A stretch of DNA of 36,825 nucleotides, from positions 1-36,825 of the forward strand of contig CAXNFL010000003.1 in the NCBI GenBank assembly GCA_964201555.1, given 5' to 3'. Position 1 is the stretch's first letter; every line of letters begins with the position of its first letter. The stretch comes from Kiritimatiellia bacterium (GTDB taxonomy: Bacteria; Verrucomicrobiota; Kiritimatiellia; CAIKKV01). Shown here in pieces: positions 6,825-16,163 of this stretch. The notes under the pieces are model-generated. The model saw only the letters and a list, made by a program, of their open reading frames with translations. It was not told the DNA's origin and did not search any database. A program made the position numbers and the translations under genes.

Positions 6825-9417
6825 CCGCCTCCTCTGCGGGCTGGCGCTCGCCGGGCTCCTCCTGATGGGGCTGACGCTTCGCCTGACGGGCATCGCCGCT
6901 CCCAGCCTGCACCCCGATGAGCCCACCATCGGGCGCTGGCTCGAAACCCACGCGGAGAAGGGCGAGCTCCGCGACCGGCTCTACCCCGGCGGATTCTTCA
7001 CGCTGGCCGCGCCTTTCCGCTCCGCCGGCCTCGCGTGGAACCACCTGCTCGCCGAGCGGGCTTACGCCGCCGGCGCCGCCGACCGGCCGATCGCCCCCTG
7101 GAACGACATCCGGTTCGCGCGGCGGCTCAATGTGGGGCTGGGGCTTCTGACAGGGCTCTGCCTGTTCTTCCTGACGCTCCAAATCACAGGGTCCAGGCTC
7201 TCCGCTCTGGCGGTCGCCGCCTTCTGCCTCCTGAATCCGGTCCACATCGAACACTGCCATTACGCCGAAACGGACATCGCCCTGCTCTTCGGGCTTTCCC
7301 TCACCCTGCTGCTCTGGGCGCGCGCGATTTATACCGGCCGCGCGCTCTTTATCCTGATCGGCGGATTCGCGGCGGGCTTCACCGCGGGAACGAAATATCC
7401 CCTGATCCTTCTTCTGGTCCCGCTTTTGATCATTCCGTTTGTCAGCCGGAGCAGCGGCCGCGGCACGCGGAGCCTGCGCCGGACATGGGTCTGGCTGGCG
7501 CTCTCCCTGTTCCTGTTCGCCCTCGCCCTCGCCTGGACCAACCCCGCCCTGTGGGAGCCCGCCCGGTTCATGGATGGCCTGGCAAAACAAAGCCAGGGCC
7601 TCCGGGCTGAAATGAGCCTCGCCCTCGGCGCCGCCGGACAATCCCCGTCGATGCGGTTCCTGTGGCGCCTGCACATGCTTCAAAAACACGCGCTCGATCT
7701 GGGTCTTCTCCCGCTGGCCCTCGCCGCCGCCGGACTGCTCGCCCTTCCCTGGATCCCCCGGTTGCGGAAAACCTGGCCGCTCCTTTTGCTGACGCCCCTG
7801 CTGCTGCTGGCCCTGAACCTGTTCGTTTCTCCTTTCATCCGCAAACAGGAGTTCATGGTCTACCTGCCCTTTCTTTCGATCCTGGCCGCGCTTCCGCTGG
7901 CCCTTCCCCGGCCCGCCAGCCGCCTCGGCCGGTTCCTCATTCTCGGGCCGGTGCTGCTCGTCACGCTGATCGCCCTGACACAAATCAACCTGGACGCCCG
8001 TCGCGTGGCCAACCTGTTCGGCTGGAAAGACCCCCGCCTGCTGGCTCGCGACTGGAACGCGCTCCATGCGCCGGAGGACAAAAGCATCGCCGTCGAGCAC
8101 AACGCCTCCGTTGCGGCCGAAAGCTCCTTCGCCGACCATATTCCCCTGCGGCATGTGGCTGACCTGCGGGAAGGCATCACGCTGCTCGATCGCTTTCCGG
8201 CCGACTACTTGATCCGCAACGGATTTACCAGCGGCCGCGGACTGGTCGACCCCTTCACCGGAAACTACCGTCCCCGTCACCAGCCGCTGTGGGACCGCTT
8301 CCAAGCCCGGGCCCGCTTGCTGAAAACCTGGAGCCCCTTCCCATTCCCCCGCGCCAACGCCTCGCATGCCGGCCACGCCGTCTCCCTCTATGCCCTGGAC
8401 ATCAAGCCAGCCGCCCTCGATCTGCAGCTCCCGCTGGCCGACCCGGTCTTCATCAGCGAAGGGGGCCGCGAAACATTCTTTTCCTCCGGCAACACGCTGG
8501 GCGGACGCCAGGCAATCCGCGTAACCGGGCTCCCGCGCGAAATCGCGGCGGGCGGCCCGGGCGCCCCCGCGGACCGCCTTTGGGTGACGCTAGCTACGGA
8601 TGGCCAGGCCGCGGACATTCGCCTGCGCGCGTGGGGCCGAACCACCCGCGTGCATCTACCGCCCAGGTCGGTTCAAGCCGTCGCCCTGGATAAGCCATGG
8701 TGGTGGCTCGTTCCCGAGCCCTACACCCGGGTGCGCGCGTGGGCGCTGGCAACCTCCGCCCTGGCCTCTCCTCCCTGCTGGCTGCGACTGGGGCGCGATG
8801 AAGCCCTGGCGCCGGAAGAAACACGGCGGGCGATTGACGCGCTGGCCCTGGCGCTGCTTTCCAAAAACAACGGGATCGCCGTCAACGGCTTGCCCGAATT
8901 CGTCTACAACGACTTTGCCCGCATCCGCGATCTCTCCGTGCAAGCCGCCCCCGTGGCCCTGGCTTCCGACAAAGTCCGCCGCCGGGATTCCGGCTCCCTG
9001 CAAGAGCTGAAAAAAGGACAACTTTCGCGCCTGGGCCGCGATCCGGAAAAGACCTGCCTTTCCGTTTCTCCTTACAGGACTCCCTTCCGGCTCTCGCCCG
9101 GAAGCTACCGGCTCACCCTGGATGTCCGGCCGCTTCCGTCAACGGTCGCGGAGGAGCTCAAAGGGCCCGGTGCCGACCGCTTCGAGCTGGCCGACGCGCA
9201 CGGCAAAACCCTACTTGAGGGCCAATGGCCCGAGCTTGATAAAAAAAGGGACACCACGCTCTCCCTGGCGCTTCAAATCGAGCGGGAAGAATCGCCCGAG
9301 CTGTTTTTGGTCACGCCGGTTCCGCGAACGCTTTCGATCCGGCGGGCCGAATTGACCTGGACGCTGCGCGACCGCCTGCTCGCCCTACGACAGGATCTGA
9401 CCGCAACGGCCCACTGA
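6814..9417 (+). CDS. GT-C fold membrane glycosyltransferase (ArnT/PMT_2-like) with a large C-terminal extracytoplasmic region
   Basis: First TM followed by LHPDE, then HCHYAETD and GTKYP, multiple TMs and a long soluble tail. The start overlaps the sulfotransferase end by 11 bp. Confidence 0.75.
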   Translation: MPLNRLLCGLALAGLLLMGLTLRLTGIAAPSLHPDEPTIGRWLETHAEKGELRDRLYPGGFFTLAAPFRSAGLAWNHLLAERAYAAGAADRPIAPWNDIRFARRLNVGLGLLTGLCLFFLTLQITGSRLSALAVAAFCLLNPVHIEHCHYAETDIALLFGLSLTLLLWARAIYTGRALFILIGGFAAGFTAGTKYPLILLLVPLLIIPFVSRSSGRGTRSLRRTWVWLALSLFLFALALAWTNPALWEPARFMDGLAKQSQGLRAEMSLALGAAGQSPSMRFLWRLHMLQKHALDLGLLPLALAAAGLLALPWIPRLRKTWPLLLLTPLLLLALNLFVSPFIRKQEFMVYLPFLSILAALPLALPRPASRLGRFLILGPVLLVTLIALTQINLDARRVANLFGWKDPRLLARDWNALHAPEDKSIAVEHNASVAAESSFADHIPLRHVADLREGITLLDRFPADYLIRNGFTSGRGLVDPFTGNYRPRHQPLWDRFQARARLLKTWSPFPFPRANASHAGHAVSLYALDIKPAALDLQLPLADPVFISEGGRETFFSSGNTLGGRQAIRVTGLPREIAAGGPGAPADRLWVTLATDGQAADIRLRAWGRTTRVHLPPRSVQAVALDKPWWWLVPEPYTRVRAWALATSALASPPCWLRLGRDEALAPEETRRAIDALALALLSKNNGIAVNGLPEFVYNDFARIRDLSVQAAPVALASDKVRRRDSGSLQELKKGQLSRLGRDPEKTCLSVSPYRTPFRLSPGSYRLTLDVRPLPSTVAEELKGPGADRFELADAHGKTLLEGQWPELDKKRDTTLSLALQIEREESPELFLVTPVPRTLSIRRAELTWTLRDRLLALRQDLTATAH

Positions 9418-11646
9418 TTACTTGCTGGCCGGCATGCTGCCGAAGCCCTGCCAACGCAGGACCGGCCGCGAGGACGGGGGCGGCAGGGTTCCCGGGAACG
9501 TAAAGACCGTCCAGGGCCCGAGCGACGTTTCCTGATAAGGAACAAGACCCGTCTTCAACGACAGCGCCTCGAGCTCTTTCTCACGGCTCCGCACCATCAC
9601 CGCCGTTTGGCCGTCCAGCTCCATCACGGGGGGAAGCGTCTCGCGCCCAAAAATGTACGGCTGCAGGCTCAGCTTCACCTCGGGCGCCACCCGGGAAAGC
9701 AGGCGATTGGCTTCCCACCGGTCCGCGTACACGCGCTTCAGCCCGTTCGACTGAATCCAGTCGGCCAGCTGCTTCAGGTCCGAGTCCCCAGGCACGCGCT
9801 CACCGGAATCGGGAGTCATCGGAAGAAGATCCCGCAGGCGGAGGGTTCCATTCCGTGGAATTTTCATCCGCACCCGGATTGTTTTCGTGAGCACCGGCTC
9901 AAACCGGCACTCCAAGCGGAAGGCGCTGCCGCCCCAATAAAAACGGGGGCCCGACCAGAAATAGCGGGTTACCGGCGTATCCGAAACCAGGACCGTCCAC
10001 TTCTCCGTCGCCTCATCCCAGCTGTCCACGCCCAGGGCGGACGGATACGCCTCCGGCTCACACAGCAGCCGGACGCCCGAAATCAAGGCGGGGGCCGTCC
10101 CTGTTTTAGTCGCTTTCACCCATCCCGCTTCCTTCGCCTGGTTCAGCGGCCCCCACGACACAAAACGCCAGCCGTCAGACGGAGGCCGGACGTGATACTG
10201 CACCCACTGTCCCGCCACCTCGTTCGTCTCGCAGGAGGCGCCCGTCATTTTCAGGAAGGAGGAAAAGCCCATGACATTGTTCAGCACGGCGGGCGACTCC
10301 GCCTGCTCCAGGGCCCGCGCATAGGGGCGGACCCGCTCGCGCGACACGGGCGAAAACACGAACTCCTCGTTCAGCAGGAAGTTCAGCCCGTGATTGGCCC
10401 CCCGCACCTGGTAATCCGTGTAAAGATGCCTGATGTCGTTCGCCTTCAGGAACTCGCCCAGCTTCTCGGCCTTGGGAATAAAGGCGGCGGTCCGCTCGCG
10501 CTCCGGCAGCCGCTTCGGCAGCTCCTTCGCCTGAAGCGCAAGGAGCGCAACGAGGGGAATCCATCCGAGAATCCGGAACCGGTCCGTCAGCCACGCGGTC
10601 GCCGCGCCCGCCAGGACGCCCAGGATGGGAATCAGGATAAGGACGTAGCGGACCGCATCCACGCGGGCGAAGCGCGAACGGCCGAACAGGATCGAGTAGA
10701 TGACGATATACAAGAGGGCGGCGGACAGATACAGGGCCTCCGCGCGCTTCGCCTTCCGCCAGCTGGCGATCAGCTGGACGAGCGCCAGGAGCGCCAGGGC
10801 GATCAGCAGCCCCGCCATCGCATACCGGAAAAGGTCGGTCCCGCGGTGAAACTCCAGCAGGCTGGAAAGCCGGTTCACGTAAAACAGGCGAAGCCCTTCC
10901 AGCAGCGACGGCCGGTCATGCGTCTTGACCATATCGAAGGTCTGCCAGTGATTCCGGATATTCCAGATCCACAGCGGCAGGCTGCCCAGCACAAACCCGG
11001 CTCCCCCGGAGATCAGCCGAAGGGAAAACAGCCGCAGCCGCAGGACGAGCAGGAACAGCAGGGCGCACACCAGGAATGCCGGAATGAGCAGCGGCGACTG
11101 CCACCAGCCGAGGCCGGCAATCACGCCCAGAAGCGCAAACTGAAGATGCCCCGGCGGCTGCCCTTCCAAATCGCGGGCCAGCAGGCGCAGGCCGTAAACC
11201 AGGAGCGCACAGGTCAGCAGCGGAATGGCCGCATAGCCGCCATCCGCCCAGCTTTCAAATTGGAAATACTGGGGCGGCCCGATGACGCAGAACGCCAGCG
11301 CCGCCAGGCCGCCGGCCAGGCCCGCCGCCCCGCGGCCCCACAGATAGACCAGCGGCAGGAACGCAAAGGCCGCCAGCGCCGTGCCCATGTTGATCCAGAA
11401 GCCCGTCAGCCCGAACAGATAGCAGAGACCGGCGCTGATCGACGGCTCGATCGACCCCATATAGGGAAGCCCGTAAAAGAACACGGGGAAATCCTTCCCC
11501 TCCAGCATGTGCTTGACCATCAGGCAGATGATGCCGTGATCCGACGTGTGGGCGTACTCATACACCCAGGCGCCGAAGGTCCGCATGGCCAGGCCAAGCG
11601 CCAGCAACATCAGCAAAACAACGGTTGACCGGCGGGATAGGCTCAT
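9418..11646 (-). CDS. GT-C fold membrane glycosyltransferase (ArnT/PMT_2-like)
   Basis: First TM then TSDHGIICLM, FPVFFYGLPYMGSIE, GLGWW, PLWIWN and RY motifs, multiple TMs and a soluble C-terminus. Its stop directly abuts the stop of the convergent gene (TGA|TTA). Confidence 0.75.
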   Translation of the reverse strand: MSLSRRSTVVLLMLLALGLAMRTFGAWVYEYAHTSDHGIICLMVKHMLEGKDFPVFFYGLPYMGSIEPSISAGLCYLFGLTGFWINMGTALAAFAFLPLVYLWGRGAAGLAGGLAALAFCVIGPPQYFQFESWADGGYAAIPLLTCALLVYGLRLLARDLEGQPPGHLQFALLGVIAGLGWWQSPLLIPAFLVCALLFLLVLRLRLFSLRLISGGAGFVLGSLPLWIWNIRNHWQTFDMVKTHDRPSLLEGLRLFYVNRLSSLLEFHRGTDLFRYAMAGLLIALALLALVQLIASWRKAKRAEALYLSAALLYIVIYSILFGRSRFARVDAVRYVLILIPILGVLAGAATAWLTDRFRILGWIPLVALLALQAKELPKRLPERERTAAFIPKAEKLGEFLKANDIRHLYTDYQVRGANHGLNFLLNEEFVFSPVSRERVRPYARALEQAESPAVLNNVMGFSSFLKMTGASCETNEVAGQWVQYHVRPPSDGWRFVSWGPLNQAKEAGWVKATKTGTAPALISGVRLLCEPEAYPSALGVDSWDEATEKWTVLVSDTPVTRYFWSGPRFYWGGSAFRLECRFEPVLTKTIRVRMKIPRNGTLRLRDLLPMTPDSGERVPGDSDLKQLADWIQSNGLKRVYADRWEANRLLSRVAPEVKLSLQPYIFGRETLPPVMELDGQTAVMVRSREKELEALSLKTGLVPYQETSLGPWTVFTFPGTLPPPSSRPVLRWQGFGSMPASK

Positions 11647-11750
11647 GGCTTCAACTTCTCCGTCGTGATGAGGCTCGACAGCGCCTCCGCCACCACCGCG
11701 TGGCCGGCGGCACTATGCTCACCAGTCGATGCAGCAGCGCATCGTCACGC

Positions 11751-12743
11751 TCACGCGCCTTTCAGGTAGCCTTCCGCCCGGTACCACTCCGCCGTGCGGC
11801 GCAGCCCTTCGTCGATGCCGACCCTGGGGTCGTAGCCGAGGTCCCGGCGGGCCTTGTCGATCTTGAACGCCCGGTTCTGCCGATACCAGTCCACCCGGCG
11901 GGGGAAAATGGGAGGCGCGATGTGAAAGGGCGCGCACACCTTTTCACAGAGGTGGCCCAGGACGATGAGCGGCCAGATCGGCAGGTTGACGATCTTGACC
12001 GGAACGCCCATGGCCAGGCCGGCCCGGCGCACCAGCTCGCGGATCTCGAAATACTCGGCGTCGGCGATCAGGTACGCCTGCCCGTCTCCCTTGCCGTCCG
12101 GCGTGGCCAGCAGGAAGGCGTCCACCAGGTTGTCGATATACAGCGGATGATAGAACGTGCGGCCGCCGCCGAACATCGGGAACCAGCCCTTGGCGGCGCG
12201 GCGGAAAATCATCATGAACCGCTCGGGGTCGCCGGGCCCGTAAATGGCCGCGGGCCGGAGAATGGTCCACTTCAGGCCCCGCGCCGTATACGCGTGCAGC
12301 GCCTCTTCCCCCTGGTACTTGGTCCGCTGGTAATAGTCGGCCGGCTGGATGGGCGCGTCCTCGCCGGCGGGCGGGTGGTCGATGTTGCCGTGGACGCCGC
12401 AGGTGCTGCAATAGATGAGCCGCCGGACCTTGGCCTGGACGGCCGCTTCGGCCACCGTGCGCATCCCGCCCACATTCACGTCGTCATAGAACGTGTTCGG
12501 CACGTTCATCTCGCGGAAAGCCGCCGCCAGATGGTACACCGTGTCCACGCCGGCCATGGCGCGCGCCACGATGGCGGCATCGGTCACCGAGCCGATGATC
12601 ACCTCGGCGCCGGCCTGGCGCAATTCGCCGGTCCGCAGGCCTTCCTTGTAATCGAGGGAAACGACGGCGTGCCCTTCCTTCAAGAGCCTGAGGCAGAGGG
12701 CTTTGCCCGTAAATCCGGTTCCCCCGGTGACCAAACACTTCAT
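11751..12743 (-). CDS. NAD-dependent epimerase/dehydratase (extended SDR)
   Basis: TGGTGFTG, HLAA, YCST, catalytic YQRTK and RPAAIYGPGD; SD AAGGAG upstream. Confidence 0.92.
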   Translation of the reverse strand: MKCLVTGGTGFTGKALCLRLLKEGHAVVSLDYKEGLRTGELRQAGAEVIIGSVTDAAIVARAMAGVDTVYHLAAAFREMNVPNTFYDDVNVGGMRTVAEAAVQAKVRRLIYCSTCGVHGNIDHPPAGEDAPIQPADYYQRTKYQGEEALHAYTARGLKWTILRPAAIYGPGDPERFMMIFRRAAKGWFPMFGGGRTFYHPLYIDNLVDAFLLATPDGKGDGQAYLIADAEYFEIRELVRRAGLAMGVPVKIVNLPIWPLIVLGHLCEKVCAPFHIAPPIFPRRVDWYRQNRAFKIDKARRDLGYDPRVGIDEGLRRTAEWYRAEGYLKGA

Positions 12744-12922
12744 CGGCTGCGACTCCTTGCGTTCCCCGCTGATTAATCCCCATTTATGCCATTTCCCGCG
12801 ATCAATGTCAATTTTCGGGGTGCTCTTACTTCAGGCCGGCCCCCGACTTGAATTATAGTTTTTTTCCAGACCGCCATCTGTCTATAATACCTGATTTTCA
12901 GCCCGCATGCAAAGGAGCCGTC

Positions 12923-14200
12923 ATGACCGCCCCCATTCAAGAGCCCGCCCGCTCCACGCCCGTTCTGGCCGAAATGGATGTTCTTGTTGCCGGCGGGGGC
13001 CCCGCCGGATTCTGCGCCGCCATCGGCGCGGCTCGGGCCGGCGCCCGCGTGGCGCTGATCGAAAAACACGGTTTCCTGGGCGGCATGATGACGGCCGGCG
13101 GCGTGCTGAACATCCGCCAGTACAACGACAAGCAGCACCTCGTCGTGGGCGGCATCGGCCTGGAGTTCGCCAACCGCCTGGTCGAAGCGGGCGGCACGGA
13201 GCAGAAGCCCGAGACGGGCACCTTTCTCCGGCAGGATCCCGAGATCACCAAATGGATCATCCAGGAAATGCTCCGGGAAGCCGGCGTACAGGTGCGCCTG
13301 CACACCCTCGCCTGCGGCGCCCTCACGAGCGGCAACCGGCTCGGCGGCCTGATCGTGGAAAGCAAGAGCGGACGCGGGGCACTGAAGGCGGCCGTCACGG
13401 TGGACGCCACGGGCGACGGCGACACCTTCCCCCTGGCCGGCGCGGCGTTTGACAAAACGGAAGCCGCCTTGCAGCCCATGACGCTCACCTTCGTCGCCTC
13501 CGGCATTACCTTCTGGCCGAACGGCTTCTCCGCCGAGGCCAAGGAGAAGATCAATACCGCCCTTGAAGCCGGCGCCTTCCCCTGCCCCAAGAGCCCATCG
13601 CTGTTCGCGATGCGCCGAACGGGCGAGTTCTATTTCAATGCCACCCGGGTTTCCGGCGACTGCTCCAAGGCGGACGACCTCACCGAAGCCGAGCTGGAAG
13701 GCCGGCGCCAAGTCATGAACCTGACCTCCTGGCTGCGGGCCAATATCCCGGGTTGCGAAGCGATGGAAATCCGGCAAACGGGCGCCCAGATCGGCTTGCG
13801 GGAAAGCCGGCGGCTGAAAGGTCTCTATACGCTGACGCGCGAGGATGTGCTGGGCTATCGGGAGTTCGAGGATGCCCTCGCCCGCAGCGCGTATGCCATC
13901 GACATCCATAAGGCCGGGGGGCCCGGCGGCGAAATGACCTATCTGGCGCCCGGCCGCAGCTATGGCATTCCCTACCGCTGCCTGGTGCCGGAAAAGGTCG
14001 ATGGCCTGCTGGCCGCGGGCCGCTGCCTGTCGGCCACGCACGACGCCCTGGGCTCCGTCCGCGTCATGGCCGTCTGCATGGCCACCGGCCATGCCGCCGG
14101 CGTGGCGGCCGCCCTGGCCGCCGCCGCTCAAACGCCGTCCCGCTCCTTGCCGGCCGGCGAAATCCGGAAAGCGCTCTCCGCCCAGGGCGCCATTTTGTAA
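12923..14200 (+). CDS. FAD-dependent oxidoreductase (FAD_oxidored family)
   Basis: DVLVAGGGPAG, EKHGFLGG, DATGDGD, RESRRL, YGIPYRCLVP, AGRCLS and RVMAVCMATGHAAG. SD AAGGAG; TATAAT at 12883-12888. Confidence 0.9.
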   Translation: MTAPIQEPARSTPVLAEMDVLVAGGGPAGFCAAIGAARAGARVALIEKHGFLGGMMTAGGVLNIRQYNDKQHLVVGGIGLEFANRLVEAGGTEQKPETGTFLRQDPEITKWIIQEMLREAGVQVRLHTLACGALTSGNRLGGLIVESKSGRGALKAAVTVDATGDGDTFPLAGAAFDKTEAALQPMTLTFVASGITFWPNGFSAEAKEKINTALEAGAFPCPKSPSLFAMRRTGEFYFNATRVSGDCSKADDLTEAELEGRRQVMNLTSWLRANIPGCEAMEIRQTGAQIGLRESRRLKGLYTLTREDVLGYREFEDALARSAYAIDIHKAGGPGGEMTYLAPGRSYGIPYRCLVPEKVDGLLAAGRCLSATHDALGSVRVMAVCMATGHAAGVAAALAAAAQTPSRSLPAGEIRKALSAQGAIL

Positions 14201-14202
14201 TC

Positions 14203-14222
14203 CCGCGCCGTATCCGGCGCGG
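14203..14222. terminator. Hairpin between convergent genes (possible terminator)
   Basis: CCGCGCCG-TATC-CGGCGCGG perfect 8-bp stem. A short T-run follows on the minus strand? No: AAAA at 14228-14231 lies upstream on that strand, so there is no clear U-tract. Confidence 0.35.
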
Positions 14223-14235
14223 CTACGAAAACCAC

Positions 14236-15339
14236 TCAGCCCCGCCGCGGAAGCGCATTCTGCCGGTGGCATTCCTCCAGGACCTCGATCTGCCGCCGGA
14301 CCTGCGCCAGCGGGATCAGCAGAGGCGACCCCTTCACCAGCACGTCGTGCAGGTTTTCATAAATCCGCTGGGGCCCCGCCGGCAGCGACCGCAGCGTGTA
14401 GCCCACGGCCGCCTGATTCTGCTCGGGCTCCAGATCCCAGCTTTGCTCCACCCACGGCAGCTCTTCGCGCGGATACTTGCGGTCCACCGACCAGTTCCAC
14501 ATCTCCTGCTTGGGCGCCTGGGCGGGATCGAAATAGCGCCATTGCAGCTTGCCTTCATTGCCCGAAAGGCCGCCATAGGTTCCGCAAATGTTGTACCGCT
14601 CGCCCTGCGCGTAGGCCATGTAGGCGCTGATGAAAACGTCGATCTGCGGGGCCTTGCGCTCGGGATCGAACAGCGTCACCGTGCAGTGATCCTCCGCGTC
14701 CGCGCCAAAGGGGTTGTTGCTGTCCATCCGGCAGAAGACGTCGGGCTTCTTATCCCCGAAGAGCACCAGCGCCTGGTCAAGGGCATGCGGTCCCGTGTTC
14801 AGGAGCGAGCCGCCCATGTTCTTCTGCCAGGTCTGCCAGTCCCACCGCCGGGAGAAGCCGCTCCAGCTGGATCGGATGTACACGAGCTTCCCGAGCACGC
14901 CCGAGCTGACGACCTCCTGGATCTTCTCGAAAAAGGGCTGGTGGCGGTTGTTCTGGAACGGGGCCAGCACGCGGCGGTGGCGGGCGGCCATCTGCGCCAT
15001 GCGGTCAAAGTCCGCCACGTTGTGGGTCATCGGCTTTTCGCAAAGCACATGCTTGCCCGCCTCGAGCGCCGCGAGGGTCGCCGGCACGTGCAGGGGCGTC
15101 GGCAGGGCGTTGATGAAGAGGTCGAACTCGCCGTCGGCCAGCAGCCCGCCCCAATCGGAATAGACCCGGGCGCCGAACTCGCGCTTGGCGTCCTCGCGCC
15201 GCTCTTCGAGCTGATCGGCCACCGCCACGATCTTGAACAGGCTCGTGTTCTTCCGCAGGCAGGCCGTGTGAATGTTGTAGCCGCTCCGGCCCTGCCCGGC
15301 TATGGCCACCCGAACCACACCGTTCTCATAGTTTCCCAT
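14236..15339 (-). CDS. Gfo/Idh/MocA family oxidoreductase (paralog of 294..1349)
   Basis: AIAGQGRSG, HVLCEKPM, FQNNR, RRWDWQT and GGSLLNTGPHALD. Start chosen after a GAGG SD. Confidence 0.9.
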   Translation of the reverse strand: MGNYENGVVRVAIAGQGRSGYNIHTACLRKNTSLFKIVAVADQLEERREDAKREFGARVYSDWGGLLADGEFDLFINALPTPLHVPATLAALEAGKHVLCEKPMTHNVADFDRMAQMAARHRRVLAPFQNNRHQPFFEKIQEVVSSGVLGKLVYIRSSWSGFSRRWDWQTWQKNMGGSLLNTGPHALDQALVLFGDKKPDVFCRMDSNNPFGADAEDHCTVTLFDPERKAPQIDVFISAYMAYAQGERYNICGTYGGLSGNEGKLQWRYFDPAQAPKQEMWNWSVDRKYPREELPWVEQSWDLEPEQNQAAVGYTLRSLPAGPQRIYENLHDVLVKGSPLLIPLAQVRRQIEVLEECHRQNALPRRG

Positions 15340-15434
15340 GACCATCCTCTTCGGTTTAAAAGCCATTGATTCTATCACGTAAAAACAGAAATCACAAAAT
15401 AATACCGCTCACTTAGGGTTTGCAGACGCGTGCC

Positions 15435-15463
15435 TTGACTCGCGCGCGACCTTGCCCAATACT
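15435..15463 (+). promoter_or_regulatory. Putative sigma70 promoter (leaderless)
   Basis: TTGACT(15435-15440)-17-AATACT(15458-15463); ATGs at 15469 and 15472 with no SD. Confidence 0.45.
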
Positions 15464-15468
15464 CAAAG

Positions 15469-16035
15469 ATGATGAATAAACCAGAGACAAAACTGCTTTA
15501 CGCTACACTCGAGCGCCGGATTCTAGCCGGCGAGCGCAAGGCGGACATCTATGCCACCTGTCTTGACGAAACCGAGGCAAAGCGCTGCGCCAAGCTGCTT
15601 GCACAGATCCCGACGCCTGCCCGTCGCAGCCAATACCGGTTGCTGAACGGAATCATCGTTGCCGATATCGCCGTGTTGGCCTTGATCAAGCTGCTTGTCG
15701 TCTCCCTCGTGGTTCTCACCGAAATTCCGAAAGGCTTCCTCCTGATCCTGCTCGCCCCGTTGATCAACCTCTTCATCCTCTGGCAGGTCGCCAAGTTCAG
15801 GGCCATCGGATACCTGCTGGTCATCGCCTTCGGCCTCACCGGCCTGTCGCGGGTAATCGAGGGTTTCCAGAAAAGCATGGACGGGCTCGACCTGGCCCTC
15901 AACTCCGTCAGCCTCGCTTGCGTGGTCAGCGCCATGATCCTTGCCTTCCTATTGATGCGGAAATTGCTTCCTCAAACGAGTTTGCTGCTGAACCCCAAGA
16001 CCGACAGCGCCGGTCGCCCGCAATTCGAGAACTAA
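15469..16035 (+). CDS. Hypothetical membrane protein (about 4 TM)
   Basis: 188-aa ORF filling the intergenic space, with a soluble N-terminus followed by four hydrophobic segments. No family recognised. Confidence 0.7.
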   Translation: MMNKPETKLLYATLERRILAGERKADIYATCLDETEAKRCAKLLAQIPTPARRSQYRLLNGIIVADIAVLALIKLLVVSLVVLTEIPKGFLLILLAPLINLFILWQVAKFRAIGYLLVIAFGLTGLSRVIEGFQKSMDGLDLALNSVSLACVVSAMILAFLLMRKLLPQTSLLLNPKTDSAGRPQFEN

Positions 16036-16107
16036 ACCAAGCCGGGGCTCTTCGATAACGGCGGGGAACCGCCGTCTCCATGCTGGAATTGCGGCCAAAC
16101 ACCGCGC

Positions 16108-16136
16108 TAGACTTGCCTGATTTCTTGAGGCACAAT
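16108..16136 (+). promoter_or_regulatory. Putative sigma70 promoter for GT4-flippase
   Basis: TAGACT(16108-16113)-17-CACAAT(16131-16136), the same -10 as the promoter at 254. Confidence 0.45.
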
Positions 16137-16163
16137 AGCGGATTAACAACGCACAGGAACACC

